A DNA stretch of 64,000 bases from an uncultured Planctomycetota bacterium (GCA_963737655.1 CAVTTN010000002.1:4832001-4896000), one strand, 5' to 3'; shown: positions 1 to 10,211, counted from the first letter of the stretch. The notes: generated by a model from the letters alone, not told the origin. Numbers and translations are program-made.

Positions 1-2
1 CC

Positions 3-290
3 ATCGCCCTGTTCTACGCGAGCGGGACGGCGATCGGCGGGCCTCTGGCGTCGTGGCTGTTCGGCCGATTGATCGACGAGGCGAAGCCGCTGCACGACCA
101 GGCCGGGCGAGTCATCTGGGCGGCCCGGCCGGGGCTGATCCTCCAGGGCGACCTGATCGCGGCGGCGATCCTGGCGGTGGCGGTGGCCGTCGTCCTGATG
201 TTCGGGGTCAAGGCCGAACGCACGGCGCTCGAAGACGTGGCCGACCCGCTCTCGGCGGACCACGGCCCGGAGGGATCGGCCGGTCAGTGA
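3..290 (+). CDS. MFS transporter, C-terminal fragment (runs off window start)
   Basis: Frame open from nt 3: IALFYASGTAIGGPLASWLFGRLI...AAAILAVAVAVVLMFGVKAERTALEDVA, typical last TM helices of an MFS permease. Confidence 0.7.
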   Translation: MALFYASGTAIGGPLASWLFGRLIDEAKPLHDQAGRVIWAARPGLILQGDLIAAAILAVAVAVVLMFGVKAERTALEDVADPLSADHGPEGSAGQ

Positions 291-3200
291 GCCGGCTTCG
301 CGGCCGGAAGGAACGGCCAGGCGGAAACGATCGCGTCCCGGAGGAACGCCGAGAACCCCGGGCGGTCGCGGATCGCCTCGAAGTCCGGGTTGGTCGTCAG
401 GAGACGGACGCGATCGGCGTAACGGAAGAAGCCCAGGCCGCGGGCTTCTTCCAGGAAGGCGAGGGCTTCGCTCGCGAGCCGGTCGCGATCCGAGGGCGAG
501 CCGTGTCTCGCGGCCAGGGCCAGGGCGCAGGAGGCTTCGTAGAGCATCGGGGCACGGTTCGGGCCTCGGGCGGCGTTCATGGCGTCGATCGCCTCGCTCT
601 CGGCGGCCTCGGCCCGGCCCGATCTCGCGAGGGCGGCGGCCCGGTTCACCCGGACCCACGGGCCTTGCATCCCGTCATCGAAGGGAAGGGCGCGGTCCAG
701 GGCCTCGACGGCCTCCTCATGGCGGCCCAGCCGGGTCAGGGCGTCGGCGCGGACGCTCCAGGCGTTGCGGAGGAACTCCCGGCCTCGCGAGTGCGCCGGC
801 TGGAGCCCCAGGAGCGCCTCCAACGTCGTGACCGCCCGATCGAGCCAGGGCAGGGCTTCGGCCGGCCTGCCGTCTCGGGCCAGGAGCGACGCCATGTTCA
901 CCTGGCCGGCGCCCAGGATCTCGGCGAACGCGATCCGCCCCGGCGAGTCGTGGACGAGCGTCTCGGCGATCTCCACGAGCCGGGCGTTTTCGGCCTCCGC
1001 CTCGGCGATCTTCCCCTGCGTCTGGTCCAGCAAGCGGAGGTCGTTGTGGGCCACGGCCATCTGGTAGCGGTAATCGACGACGTCCGGGTGCTCGTCGGCC
1101 AGGGGCTTGAGCACCTTGAGCTTCGCCCGGACGTGGGCCTCGGCCTCGTCGAGCTTGCCCGTCTTCATCAGGAGGAGGGCGAGCGTGGCATGGGGCGACA
1201 GCGAGGGCAGGAGATAGCCGAGGTAGTCCGGGTAACGGGCCAGGACGGCGTCGTAGTCGGCGATCGCCCGCCGGAGCAGGACCTCGGCCTCGTCCAGCCG
1301 TTCCCGGCGGAACAGGTGGTGCCCCAGCAGCCCCTCGGCCGAGGCGAGATAGGCCAGGACGCCAAGATCGTCGGGCCGGGCCTGGGAGAGCGCCCTGAGC
1401 CGATCCACGGCAGCCTCCAGCGCCTGTCGGGCCTCGTCCCAGTGCCCGACCTGCTCGTGGGTGGCGGCGACCTGCTCCAGGGCGGCGGCCAGCCCCAGCT
1501 CATTGCCCACGTCTCCGGGTTGATGGCCCAGCGCCTCGCGCCTCAGCGCCACCGCCCGGGAGGCGTCTTCGAGGCCCTCGGCCAGCCGCCCCCGGCCCGC
1601 CTCGATCTTCGACAGGCACGCATACGCTTCGGAAAGGCACTCGCGATGCCTCGTCTCGGCGCGGCCGGAGTCTTCCAGAGGCTGGAGGATCGCCACGGCC
1701 CTCCGGTACGCCGCTTCCGACTCTTTGGCCAGCCCCAATCGGCCCCGGATCGTCCCGGTCGTCACGTTCGCCAGGCCCGCCTCGTACAGGGTGCCGGGGT
1801 CGTCGTCCTGGGGGATCACGTGGTCCTCGTAGAACTTCAGGGCGGTCTCCTGGATGTCGTTCTGGAGCCGGTCCATCTTGCCGCCGAGGTTCGGCAGCTC
1901 CGGGACGATCTTGCCGAACATCCGGCCGACCAGCTCTCGCGACGTCTTGAGGTTCGTCCGGGCCAGGGCGAGGTTTTCCTCGGCTCGTTTCCGATGGAGA
2001 TCGGCGGAGGCGCGGTTCTTCTCCGCGGCTTCCCAGTTGGCCTGGGCGATCGTCCTCTGATGGCGGGTCCGGGCGTTGGCCTCGCCCAGGAGGATCGTGC
2101 CGACGAGCAGGGCCACGACCGCCGCGCCGAGCCCGGCCACGCCCCCGGCCACCAGCGTCTTGTGCCTCTTCGCCCACCGGCCCGCCCGGCGCCTCCGGGG
2201 CTCGCGATAGGCCGAGACCGGCTCGTCGGCGAGCCATCGCTCGATCTCCTCGGCCAGGAGCCGGGGGCTGGCGTACCGACCCTCGGACTCCAGGGCCATG
2301 GCCTTCAGGCAGACGGCCTCCAGGGCCGGGTCGAGCTCGCGGACGAGGCTCCGGGGCCGGGGGAAGTCGCCGGCCTGGACGTGCTTCAGGACCTCCGCCA
2401 CGTCCCGGCTCGGGAACGGCGGGCGGCCGGTCAGCAAGGCGTAGAGCGTCGCCCCGAGGCTGTAGACGTCGCTGGCCGCGCCGAGCTTCTCGAGCTGACC
2501 GGCCGCCTGCTCCGGGCTCATGTACCCGGGCGTCCCCACGACCGAGCCCGGCAAGGTCTCGGCGCTGCCGCTGGCCGAGGACGGCCGGAGCGTCCTCTCC
2601 GAATCCGAATCGCCCTCGCCATTGCCGTCATCCGACCGCCCCACGGCCTTCGCCACGCCCCAATCGACCACCAGGGTCTCGCCATACTGGCCGACCATGA
2701 TGTTGTTGGGCTTCAAATCGCGATGCAAGACCCCTCGCGAGTGGGCATAGGCCACGGCGTTGCAGACGTCCAGGAACCGACGGAGGAGCTTCTGGAGGCC
2801 CAACGCCCGGGCCCCGGGATCGTCCCAGGACTCGCGATGGAACCGATCGATGGCGTCCTTCAGGCTGTCTCCCCGGATGAACCTCATCGCATAGAACGGC
2901 CGGCCGTCTTCATAGCGACCCAGCCCGTACACCGGGACGATCCCGGGATGCTCCAGGCCGCCGGTGACCTCCGCCTCGACAACGAACCGGGCCCGGCTGG
3001 CGGGGTCGTCGGCATGGCGATCCTGGATCTCCTTCAGGGCCACTTCGCGGTTGAGCTCGGCATCGTGAGCCACGTAGACCACGCCCAGGCCGCCCCGGGC
3101 ATGGTCGCGGAGCCGCCGATACCGAGGCCCCTGGCCGAGGGAACCGGCCTTCGGGGAGGCCGCCATCGAAAACGATCCGCGATCGCGGGTCGAGGGGACG

Positions 3201-3520
3201 AGCTCCAGGCTGGTCGTCAGCTCGCGGTCGCCGATCGAGCGAATCCCCTGGAGCATCCATTCGGCCGAGCTCAACGTCCCCAGGCTCCGGGACGCATCGC
3301 CGCCCTGCCGCTCCACATGGCGATCCACCATCGGCTCCAGCAACGCCCGGTCCGAGGCGCTCAAGGCCCCCCGGCGGACCAGGATCTCTCCAAGCGGCCG
3401 CTCCTTCTCCAGGACCCAGGCATGCATCGCCGAGATCAGGTCCTCGCGAGAGACGAAGTCCATCTGGACCGCGAGGACGCCGAAGAGAAGGTTGCGGTCC
3501 GAGGCGCGTGGGGGGGGCAT
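284..3520 (-). CDS. Ser/Thr protein kinase with central TM segment and C-terminal TPR-like helical repeats
   Basis: HARGGLG, VALK, HRDLKPNN, DWG, GTPGYMSPEQ motifs; TM (LVAGGVAGLGAAVVALLVGTILL); TPR-like C-terminus. Confidence 0.92.
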   Translation of the reverse strand: MPPPRASDRNLLFGVLAVQMDFVSREDLISAMHAWVLEKERPLGEILVRRGALSASDRALLEPMVDRHVERQGGDASRSLGTLSSAEWMLQGIRSIGDRELTTSLELVPSTRDRGSFSMAASPKAGSLGQGPRYRRLRDHARGGLGVVYVAHDAELNREVALKEIQDRHADDPASRARFVVEAEVTGGLEHPGIVPVYGLGRYEDGRPFYAMRFIRGDSLKDAIDRFHRESWDDPGARALGLQKLLRRFLDVCNAVAYAHSRGVLHRDLKPNNIMVGQYGETLVVDWGVAKAVGRSDDGNGEGDSDSERTLRPSSASGSAETLPGSVVGTPGYMSPEQAAGQLEKLGAASDVYSLGATLYALLTGRPPFPSRDVAEVLKHVQAGDFPRPRSLVRELDPALEAVCLKAMALESEGRYASPRLLAEEIERWLADEPVSAYREPRRRRAGRWAKRHKTLVAGGVAGLGAAVVALLVGTILLGEANARTRHQRTIAQANWEAAEKNRASADLHRKRAEENLALARTNLKTSRELVGRMFGKIVPELPNLGGKMDRLQNDIQETALKFYEDHVIPQDDDPGTLYEAGLANVTTGTIRGRLGLAKESEAAYRRAVAILQPLEDSGRAETRHRECLSEAYACLSKIEAGRGRLAEGLEDASRAVALRREALGHQPGDVGNELGLAAALEQVAATHEQVGHWDEARQALEAAVDRLRALSQARPDDLGVLAYLASAEGLLGHHLFRRERLDEAEVLLRRAIADYDAVLARYPDYLGYLLPSLSPHATLALLLMKTGKLDEAEAHVRAKLKVLKPLADEHPDVVDYRYQMAVAHNDLRLLDQTQGKIAEAEAENARLVEIAETLVHDSPGRIAFAEILGAGQVNMASLLARDGRPAEALPWLDRAVTTLEALLGLQPAHSRGREFLRNAWSVRADALTRLGRHEEAVEALDRALPFDDGMQGPWVRVNRAAALARSGRAEAAESEAIDAMNAARGPNRAPMLYEASCALALAARHGSPSDRDRLASEALAFLEEARGLGFFRYADRVRLLTTNPDFEAIRDRPGFSAFLRDAIVSAWPFLPAAKPAH

Positions 3521-3790
3521 GCGTGGGCGGTCCGTCGTCGAGGTCCGTCATCCCATCAGGAAACGAGATCATACCAGACCCTTCCGATCGACGACGATCC
3601 CCCTCGGAACGCAACCGGCAACGAATCCCCGGCGGACGGGCAAATCCTCCTTGCCAGGCCCGAGACGGATCGATAGCCTCGCAAAGGTCGCCGCGCGAAT
3701 GCGTGCCGAAGACCCGCCGGTCACCCCGCGGCTTCGGGCGGCGAATCGCCCTCCCCTCCCCGTCGCGCGGTACAACTCTCGGGGGCCGTC

Positions 3791-3982
3791 ATGAAGGTAG
3801 CCGGGGTCATGTTGGCGGTTTTGGGCGGCCTCTTGATCCTCAGCGGACTGAGGCTTGCCGTCACCAAGTACGACCCGAATTCGACCCACGACATGAACAA
3901 GCTCGTCGGGGGCCTCTGCATCTCCGCCTTGATCCTCGCCGCCGGGATCGCGATGATCGTCAAATCGAAACCCGACGCCTGA
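3791..3982 (+). CDS. Small two-TM membrane protein
   Basis: 63 aa, two hydrophobic helices, good GC3 codon bias. Confidence 0.65.
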   Translation: MKVAGVMLAVLGGLLILSGLRLAVTKYDPNSTHDMNKLVGGLCISALILAAGIAMIVKSKPDA

Positions 3983-4298
3983 TCCCGACCGCCTCGGGAC
4001 CTCCCCATGCCGCCGACTTCGGCCTCGGGCGGCGGACCCGCCGACCCGGGCGAGACCTGACGGCCAGGATCGTCCCGGTCGGGCGCCATGCGTCCGCCCT
4101 CGGAAGCATGACCCGGTCAAACCCGCGCCGAAGCCAGGCTGACGTGGACGCCGGGATGCCGCCCGACCGGGGCCTCCGACGGCGCGTGCCCCGACGGCCC
4201 GCCCTCCCCCGCCGGGCTTTTCTGGTATCCTCGTGGTCCTCGTCGGCGGACGAGCCGCCGAGCCTGGTCCTGAGGGGGTCGCGTCCTTGAGCGTTTCG

Positions 4299-4943
4299 AT
4301 GCAGTCCATCCGGAGATGGCTCGGCGAGAACAGCCTTTCGACCGTGTTCTTCGCCCTCTTCGTCGCCTCGATCGCCGGCCAGAGCGTCACCGGCCTGACC
4401 GGTTATAATGATGTATTACAAGCACATGGCCGACCGCCGATTCGTTACGGGGAATACCTCGTCACGGGGGATTTCCTCTCGGGGATCTTCTCGAACTGGC
4501 AGGCGGCCGTGTTGCAGCTTGGGTGCTTGATCGTGTTCAGCACGGTCCTCCGGCAAAAAGGGGCGAGCCACTCGCTGAGGCCGACCCATCCGCCCGACGA
4601 GGCGGCCCGCAAGAGTCGGGAAAACCGTCATGCCTCCTGGCTCTACCGCCATTCCCTCTCCCTGGCCTTCGCCGGGCTCTTCGCCGGGTCGTTCACCGCC
4701 CACGTGGTCTTCGGCACCTGGGCGTACAACGAGACCCGCGCCCTCGGCGGGCAATCCCCGGTCTCCATCGCCTCTTACGTGACGACCGGGACGTTCTGGA
4801 CCAGGACCCTCCAGACCTGGGAGGCGGAATTCGTCGCCATCTGGATGTTCGTCTTCCTGAGCATCCATTTGCGCGAGCAAGGGTCGGCGGAATCCAAGCC
4901 CATCGAGAGCCGCGACGACGAGACCGGCGTCACCAACGAATGA
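4299..4943 (+). CDS. DUF6766-like membrane protein
   Basis: ENSLS...F, NWQ...LQ, LRQKGA.S and a repeated second half (W..EF, LREQGSAESK); start placed at MQSIRRW. Confidence 0.7.
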   Translation: MQSIRRWLGENSLSTVFFALFVASIAGQSVTGLTGYNDVLQAHGRPPIRYGEYLVTGDFLSGIFSNWQAAVLQLGCLIVFSTVLRQKGASHSLRPTHPPDEAARKSRENRHASWLYRHSLSLAFAGLFAGSFTAHVVFGTWAYNETRALGGQSPVSIASYVTTGTFWTRTLQTWEAEFVAIWMFVFLSIHLREQGSAESKPIESRDDETGVTNE

Positions 4944-5044
4944 ACGAACGACAAAGAACGGCAAAGTCTTAAAGAATTCGGTTCCATGCCTCGGGTCATG
5001 CTTACGAAAACGTAAGTTCGTGTTCGGCGCATCGAATCGCATGA

Positions 5045-5114
5045 GTAGAGTCCGCTATTGCGGACCTCTTCGAGATGATGCCAAATCGAAGAGGTCCGCA
5101 ATAGCGGACCCGAC
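5045..5114. repeat. GTAG-type REP doublet (REPIN-like inverted pair)
   Basis: GTAGAGTCCGCTATTGCGGACCTCTTCGA...TCGAAGAGGTCCGCAATAGCGGACCCGAC; homologous to 60924-61007. Confidence 0.8.
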
Positions 5115-5839
5115 AAGACTGCCCTCGACCACGCGAATAAAATTCACATGTAATCACTTTTCAAATATTATATACTTTCTAAAGATCCTTACATGATTTT
5201 CATGCATTAAATTCCGTTTCTCTCTGATATTTCGGCGCCTTGAAATCCACATGCCGGAAAACGACATCCCGGCGAAACTGGACAACACTTTTTCCCGAAA
5301 AACGCGCCGAACGGCGGTTTTCTGGCTGTGAACGAGCGCGCAACGACCGGTGCGCGCCGATTTACCGTGATTCGAGAATTCTTTGAATCATCGGCCGCAA
5401 AACCCTGTCATCGCAGGCATTACGCCAGACGTCCCGCGCGACCCTCCGGCGGGTTTCGGGCCCGAATCGCCGGACCGCGGCGGCGCCCCATTGACCCCAG
5501 CAGTCACGCATCTTTTGATCGACGGCCGATTCGAAATGGGCTTTCGGCACCTGCAATTTACGCGGCCTGCGTGGATTGGAGAATCAGGACTTGAAACTCC
5601 AATCCGTGCAAAATGCGTCATTTGCGGCGGATCGTGGCCCGCTTCCGGATTCGGTGATCGTCTCGGCGGTCGGGCTCGATGGTTTCGAGCGACATGAGCC
5701 GCGACGGGGCCGGGAGTGCCGGCCCGGGCGGGTCGGGTCGTTTCCCGGGGCCCGGGCCGTGATGCGTCCTTCGCTTCTCCGAGGGTCGGGACCTGCCCGA
5801 CCCGTGAGGTGCTCGATCGAGACCCGCCGCCGCCGGGGT

Positions 5840-6451
5840 TCAGCCGACGAGTCGGCCGTCGGCCAGGTGGCGTTCGAGCTTGCGGAGGGCCTTGTACTTC
5901 TCGTCGCTGACCCGGGTGACCGGCATGGCCAGGGTCTCGGAGATCTCCGGGACGGTCCAGCCTCGGGTCCAGAGTTCGACGATCCGGTCTTGCCGGGGCG
6001 AGAGGACGGCCTTCCTCGCGTTCTCCAGGAGCTCGCCGAGTTCCTGCCGCTCGCGGTCGCGGGCGTCGACGTCGGGGCCCGGGGTGGACTGGGCGTCGAG
6101 GGGCTGGAACTTCTTGGTGCGCTGGACCCGCTTGCGGACGGTGTCGATGGCGCGGACCAGCTCGCGGCGCTCGGGGGTGTCGTCGGCCAGGACGAGGTTC
6201 AGGTCGAGCTGGCCGGCTCGGGCCTTGCCCAGGAGCCGGCAGCAGACCTCCTGCGTGCAGTCGTCCCACAACCCCGGGTCCAGGTGGGCGTTGCGCCAGC
6301 AGACGGTGCAGTATCTCTGGATGTCGCGGACGAGGTCCGTCTCGGTGGCCTGGGCCGTGAGGGCGGCCAGGCCCATGACCAGGGCGATCGCGGCGGGGCC
6401 GGCGCCCTGGCGGCGAGGTTTGGCGGATTGGGGTCTGGGGTCGTCGGGCAT
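5840..6451 (-). CDS. ECF-type sigma-70 family factor with N-terminal hydrophobic segment
   Basis: DDCTQEV (region 2-like), LSPRQDRIVELWTRGWTVPEISETLAMPVTRVSDEKYKALRKL (region 4 HTH); start placed at MPDDPRP. Confidence 0.75.
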   Translation of the reverse strand: MPDDPRPQSAKPRRQGAGPAAIALVMGLAALTAQATETDLVRDIQRYCTVCWRNAHLDPGLWDDCTQEVCCRLLGKARAGQLDLNLVLADDTPERRELVRAIDTVRKRVQRTKKFQPLDAQSTPGPDVDARDRERQELGELLENARKAVLSPRQDRIVELWTRGWTVPEISETLAMPVTRVSDEKYKALRKLERHLADGRLVG

Positions 6452-6548
6452 TCCGGGCCACTCCGATCCGGGGGCGTCGATTCGCCTCGCCCCCGATTCC
6501 AACGGACATCCACGGCGGGCGATCCCGCCGACGGCGATCATTTTCGCT

Positions 6549-7262
6549 TCAGGACGAGAATCGGCCCCGGGCCGGGCGGCCCGGTCGGCGGGGATAGGCG
6601 ATGGTCCAGCCCCGTTCCAGGGCCAGCCGGCGGAGCCTCCGGTGAGGGTGGACGACCACGGCCCGGCCGACCCTCGCGAGCAACGAGCGGTCGCTCCAGT
6701 TGTCGCCGTAGGCCGTCGCGTCGTCCATCGAGATCCCCCGGTCGGCGGCCCATCGCGAGGCCCAGTAAAGCTTTCCTTCGCCGTAGCACGGCGGGCCTTC
6801 CCCCGCCCCGACCAGGCGCCCGGCCTCGACCCTCACGGGCGTGGTGATCGTTGCCTCGCACCCGAGGTACTCGGCCAGGGGGGCGATCACGATCCCGGGC
6901 GAGGACGAGACCAGGACGACCGGCGTCCCGCCCCTCTTCAGGCCGCCGAAATGCTCGACGACCCCCTCGTACAACCGGGGCTTGACATGCTCGGTGAAGT
7001 TATCATACGCAATGCGTTCCAGTTCGACTATGGGGATGCTCGCGATGTTCCTCAGCCCGTAATCCACGAGCCTGCCGTAATCGAGCCGGCCGAACCGGTG
7101 CTGGAGGCCGTGATACATCGCCCGGATCACGAACGACCGCTTGATCATCCCCCGGCGGCGGAGGATCCGGGCGAACAGGTACGTGGTCGTCTCGGCCAGG
7201 AGCGTGCCATCGACGTCCACGAACGCGACCGACGGCGGGGTGTCGAACTTCGGCCAGGTCAT
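6549..7262 (-). CDS. HAD-IB family hydrolase (SerB-like)
   Basis: FVDVDGTL, VSSS, GEGK, YGDNWSD motifs; ATGA overlap with upstream mutase. Confidence 0.88.
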   Translation of the reverse strand: MTWPKFDTPPSVAFVDVDGTLLAETTTYLFARILRRRGMIKRSFVIRAMYHGLQHRFGRLDYGRLVDYGLRNIASIPIVELERIAYDNFTEHVKPRLYEGVVEHFGGLKRGGTPVVLVSSSPGIVIAPLAEYLGCEATITTPVRVEAGRLVGAGEGPPCYGEGKLYWASRWAADRGISMDDATAYGDNWSDRSLLARVGRAVVVHPHRRLRRLALERGWTIAYPRRPGRPARGRFSS

Positions 7263-8689
7263 GACTCGCCCCGGACCCATCTCCCGAGGAAATTGGCCAG
7301 TTCCTGGGCCTCTTCGCGGTCCCGGGCCTCGGCGATCACCCGGACGATCGGCTCGGTATTGCTCGATCGGACATGGGCCCAGCAATCCGGCCAGTCCAGC
7401 CGCAGCCCGTCGCGACGATCGGCCTTGGCGTCGGGATGGGCCTCGGCGATCCGGTCGAACAGCTCCGAGACCGACGGCCCCGAGGGGTCCAGCGGATACT
7501 TCTCCTTCACCATCGAGTAATTCGGCAATTCGTCCACGATCTTGGAAAGCGGCTGGCCGGTCTCGGTCATCAAATCCAGGACCAGGGCCATCCCCACGAA
7601 GCTGTCGCGGACCAGGCCGACCCTCGGGTCGATCACCCCGCCGTTCCCCTCGCCGCCCAAAATCGCGGAATGCTCCTCGATCCCCTGGACCACGTGGATC
7701 TCGCCGACGGGGGTTCGGTAGACCGGGCAACCGTACTCGGCGGCGACGTCGTCGATTACCCGGGAGGTCGAGAGGTTGCAGACGACCGGGCCTTTTTCCT
7801 GGGAAAGCCGCCGGCGGACGGCCAGAGCCAGGGTCAATTCCTCGCCGATGTAGCGGCCGGTCTCGTCGATGATGGCGAGGCGGTCGGCGTCGGGGTCCTG
7901 GGCGAAGCCGACGTCGGCGCGGAACCCGGGGACGAACCCGCAGAGGTCGCGGAGGTTCGATTCGGTCGGTTCGAGGGGGCGGTCATAGCGGCCGTCGGGC
8001 TCGGTGCCGATGCCGAAGACGCGGCAGCCCAGGGCTTCGAGCAGGGCCATTCCGGTCGGCCCGCCCCCTCCGTGGCATCCGTCCAGGACGACCCGAAATC
8101 CCCTGGCCCGGATCGCCTCGCCGTTGACGATCGGCTTCACGCGGCCGAGGTGAAGGGCGTCCGGTCGTGGTGTAGCGTCGGGCCGGACGATCCGGCCCAC
8201 AGCGTCCCAGGGGACCCACCGAAACGCCTTCTCCTGGAACCGTGCGAGCATCTCCCGGCCCTCGTCCGGAGTGAGGACCGACCCGGTGCCCCGGAAGAAC
8301 TTCAACCCGTTGTACTCGGCCGGGTTGTGGGACGCCGAGATCTGGATCCCGCCGAAAGTCGGAAACGAGCGGGGCCGGGGCTCGGGTGGGAGTTGGGATG
8401 AGGCCGACAGGGTGCGGTTCCACCCGGACATGGCCCGGACACGGAAGCCAACCGTCGGAGTGGCCGCGGCGCCGAGGCAGACAGCCTCACACCCGCTCGC
8501 CGAGACGGCGGAGAGGACGGCATCCATGAACAACGAGGCGGTGGGCCTCCCGTCGTGGGCGACGTAAATCGTCGAGCCGACCGGCAGGCCCGCCGCGTAG
8601 GCCGCCGCGAACTCGGCCACGACGATCGGGTCGAGCCCGTCGCCGACGATGCCCCGAAGCCCCGAGATGCTGGCGATCCGAGTCCCCAC
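7259..8689 (-). CDS. Phosphoglucosamine mutase / phosphomannomutase family
   Basis: SISGLRG, SASHNP phosphoserine loop, DPDADR, GGEGNGG, RSSNTEP; GTG start with GGAGG RBS. Confidence 0.92.
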   Translation of the reverse strand: MGTRIASISGLRGIVGDGLDPIVVAEFAAAYAAGLPVGSTIYVAHDGRPTASLFMDAVLSAVSASGCEAVCLGAAATPTVGFRVRAMSGWNRTLSASSQLPPEPRPRSFPTFGGIQISASHNPAEYNGLKFFRGTGSVLTPDEGREMLARFQEKAFRWVPWDAVGRIVRPDATPRPDALHLGRVKPIVNGEAIRARGFRVVLDGCHGGGGPTGMALLEALGCRVFGIGTEPDGRYDRPLEPTESNLRDLCGFVPGFRADVGFAQDPDADRLAIIDETGRYIGEELTLALAVRRRLSQEKGPVVCNLSTSRVIDDVAAEYGCPVYRTPVGEIHVVQGIEEHSAILGGEGNGGVIDPRVGLVRDSFVGMALVLDLMTETGQPLSKIVDELPNYSMVKEKYPLDPSGPSVSELFDRIAEAHPDAKADRRDGLRLDWPDCWAHVRSSNTEPIVRVIAEARDREEAQELANFLGRWVRGES

Positions 8690-8842
8690 GCCGACCCCTC
8701 CGCGCTGATCGTCCCGAACCCCAATCCCAAGTCCGCCCAGCCCCACAGGATAGGCGGAGCCCCCACCTCCGGGCAAGGGAACTCGGCCGGACGCATGTTG
8801 GGACCATTCATCGGGTGGAGCTCCCGAATCTGGGGTTTGTTC

Positions 8843-8952
8843 GGGTGCCCCCGGTTCTTGAACCGGGGCGGCGCAGCCGCAAGAGGCCGCTCGGGAAGTC
8901 CTGCGGTGCCTCGTGCGTCTGCGCCGCCCCGGTTCGAGAACCGGGGGCACCC
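8843..8952. repeat. Palindromic REP-like inverted doublet
   Basis: GGGTGCCCCCGGTTCTTGAACCGGGGCGGCGCAG ... CTGCGCCGCCCCGGTTCGAGAACCGGGGGCACCC. Confidence 0.8.
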
Positions 8953-8985
8953 CAGAAGTTCCAGAATCCAGAGCGATACCCCCAT

Positions 8986-9435
8986 TCATCTGCCCGGCAG
9001 GCAGGCCGCGTGCCCGAGGATCACGTTCCCTTCGACCATCGCCGAGGGCGTGGGCGACCAGCCTCGGGCGAGACGGCTCGCCAGCAATTCGTCGGCCGAG
9101 GGCCGATGGTCCCAGACGGCGACCGCCGTCACCACGCCGAATCAGGTGCAACTGTACGAAAGCCAGAGCCCGCCAGGATATGCGGCGAGGATGTCGTGGC
9201 TATATTCGTCCTGGGTCACAATTTCCGTCGGCCCGAGCGGAGGATTGTGGGCTGCCAGCCAATCGACGGCGTTCTTGATCGAGCCTTGCCAGGCCAGGGC
9301 CCGGGTCAGGAATGCGAAGCCCAGGTCGTCGAGATGGGCGCGGTTCTCGACCGGGACCGAGGGCTCGGTCCGCAGACGGGCGAGCGTCTCGGGGATCGAC
9401 GACGAGTCCGGCGATCGCGGTCCGTCTTCGTTCAT
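8986..9435 (-). CDS. Hypothetical protein, putative selenoprotein (149 aa with UGA 9144-9142 read as Sec; 97 aa if UGA is a stop)
   Basis: ...GLWLSYSCT-UGA-FGVVTAVAVWDHRPSADELLASRLARGWSPTPSAMVEGNVILGHAACLPGR; SECIS-like hairpin directly after the UGA. Confidence 0.7.
9106..9141 (-). promoter_or_regulatory. Putative bacterial SECIS hairpin
   Basis: UGA + 11 nt + GACGGC-GGUC-GCCGUC perfect 6-bp stem; lower stem GUGGU/ACCAU. Confidence 0.65.
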
Positions 9436-10211
9436 TTGTTGTGCTTCCGGGTCGTCCAGGGCAGGCCGAAGACGTGGCGCGAGGGATCATCCAGCGAGGT
9501 GGCCCGGTACGGCTCCTCCCGAGCGACGATCCCGCCCCGAATCGACGCCAGGATGCGGAGGTTTTCCCGACGCAACCTCTCGAACTCCCGGGGCGGAAGC
9601 CGTTCGGCGTCGGGGTGGAGGGTCGAGGCGGTCTGGCGATCGACGGTCTTGAAGAACGCGATGCATACATCGATCGATTCAAGCTGGAGGGCGCGCAGCC
9701 CCGTCCCCTTGTTCTTCTCCCACCATGCTTCCAGGGGCAGGTCGGATTTCGCCAGGGGGCCGATCTCGAACTGGTCGCGGGTCATCTCGTGCAGCTCGGG
9801 CTCGAACGGGAGGATGATCCGTTCGGCGATCATCCGACAGGCCCCGGAAACCGAGACGTTCCGATCGGTGCTCCCCTGATTTAGGGAGAAGGAATACCGA
9901 TCGTCGGATCGATGATGAAGAAGTAAGTCGAGGGCCGGCTCGCCTTCGGCCAGGAGTTGCTGGGCCGCGAGGTAGACCGGGACCTGGAGGGCCTTGTCGT
10001 AGGGTTTTCGGAACGTGATGGTCTCGTCCTCGCCCATCCCGGCGTCGCCCACGATGGAAGGCGGAGCGTTCCGAGAGGCCAGCATCTCGATCAGATAGGC
10101 GACGCGGGCCGGACCCTCCCGGTCGGCAGTCCGGGCCTCGCCCTCGCCGAGCGCCTCGCCGGACCCGCCGAGGCCGATCCCGAAAACGACCAGAACGAGG
10201 CCCGCGCTCAT
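9432..10211 (-). CDS. Hypothetical secreted protein
   Basis: 259 aa, N-terminal hydrophobic signal; ATGA coupling to the downstream gene. Confidence 0.7.
   Translation of the reverse strand: MSAGLVLVVFGIGLGGSGEALGEGEARTADREGPARVAYLIEMLASRNAPPSIVGDAGMGEDETITFRKPYDKALQVPVYLAAQQLLAEGEPALDLLLHHRSDDRYSFSLNQGSTDRNVSVSGACRMIAERIILPFEPELHEMTRDQFEIGPLAKSDLPLEAWWEKNKGTGLRALQLESIDVCIAFFKTVDRQTASTLHPDAERLPPREFERLRRENLRILASIRGGIVAREEPYRATSLDDPSRHVFGLPWTTRKHNK

Noticed and set aside
53..3676. 1207-aa plus-strand ORF and other long antisense ORFs (e.g. 39707-42619, 49263-52142, 53835-56231)
   Set aside because: Shadow frames of real high-GC genes; no motifs and Arg/Gly/Pro-rich composition.
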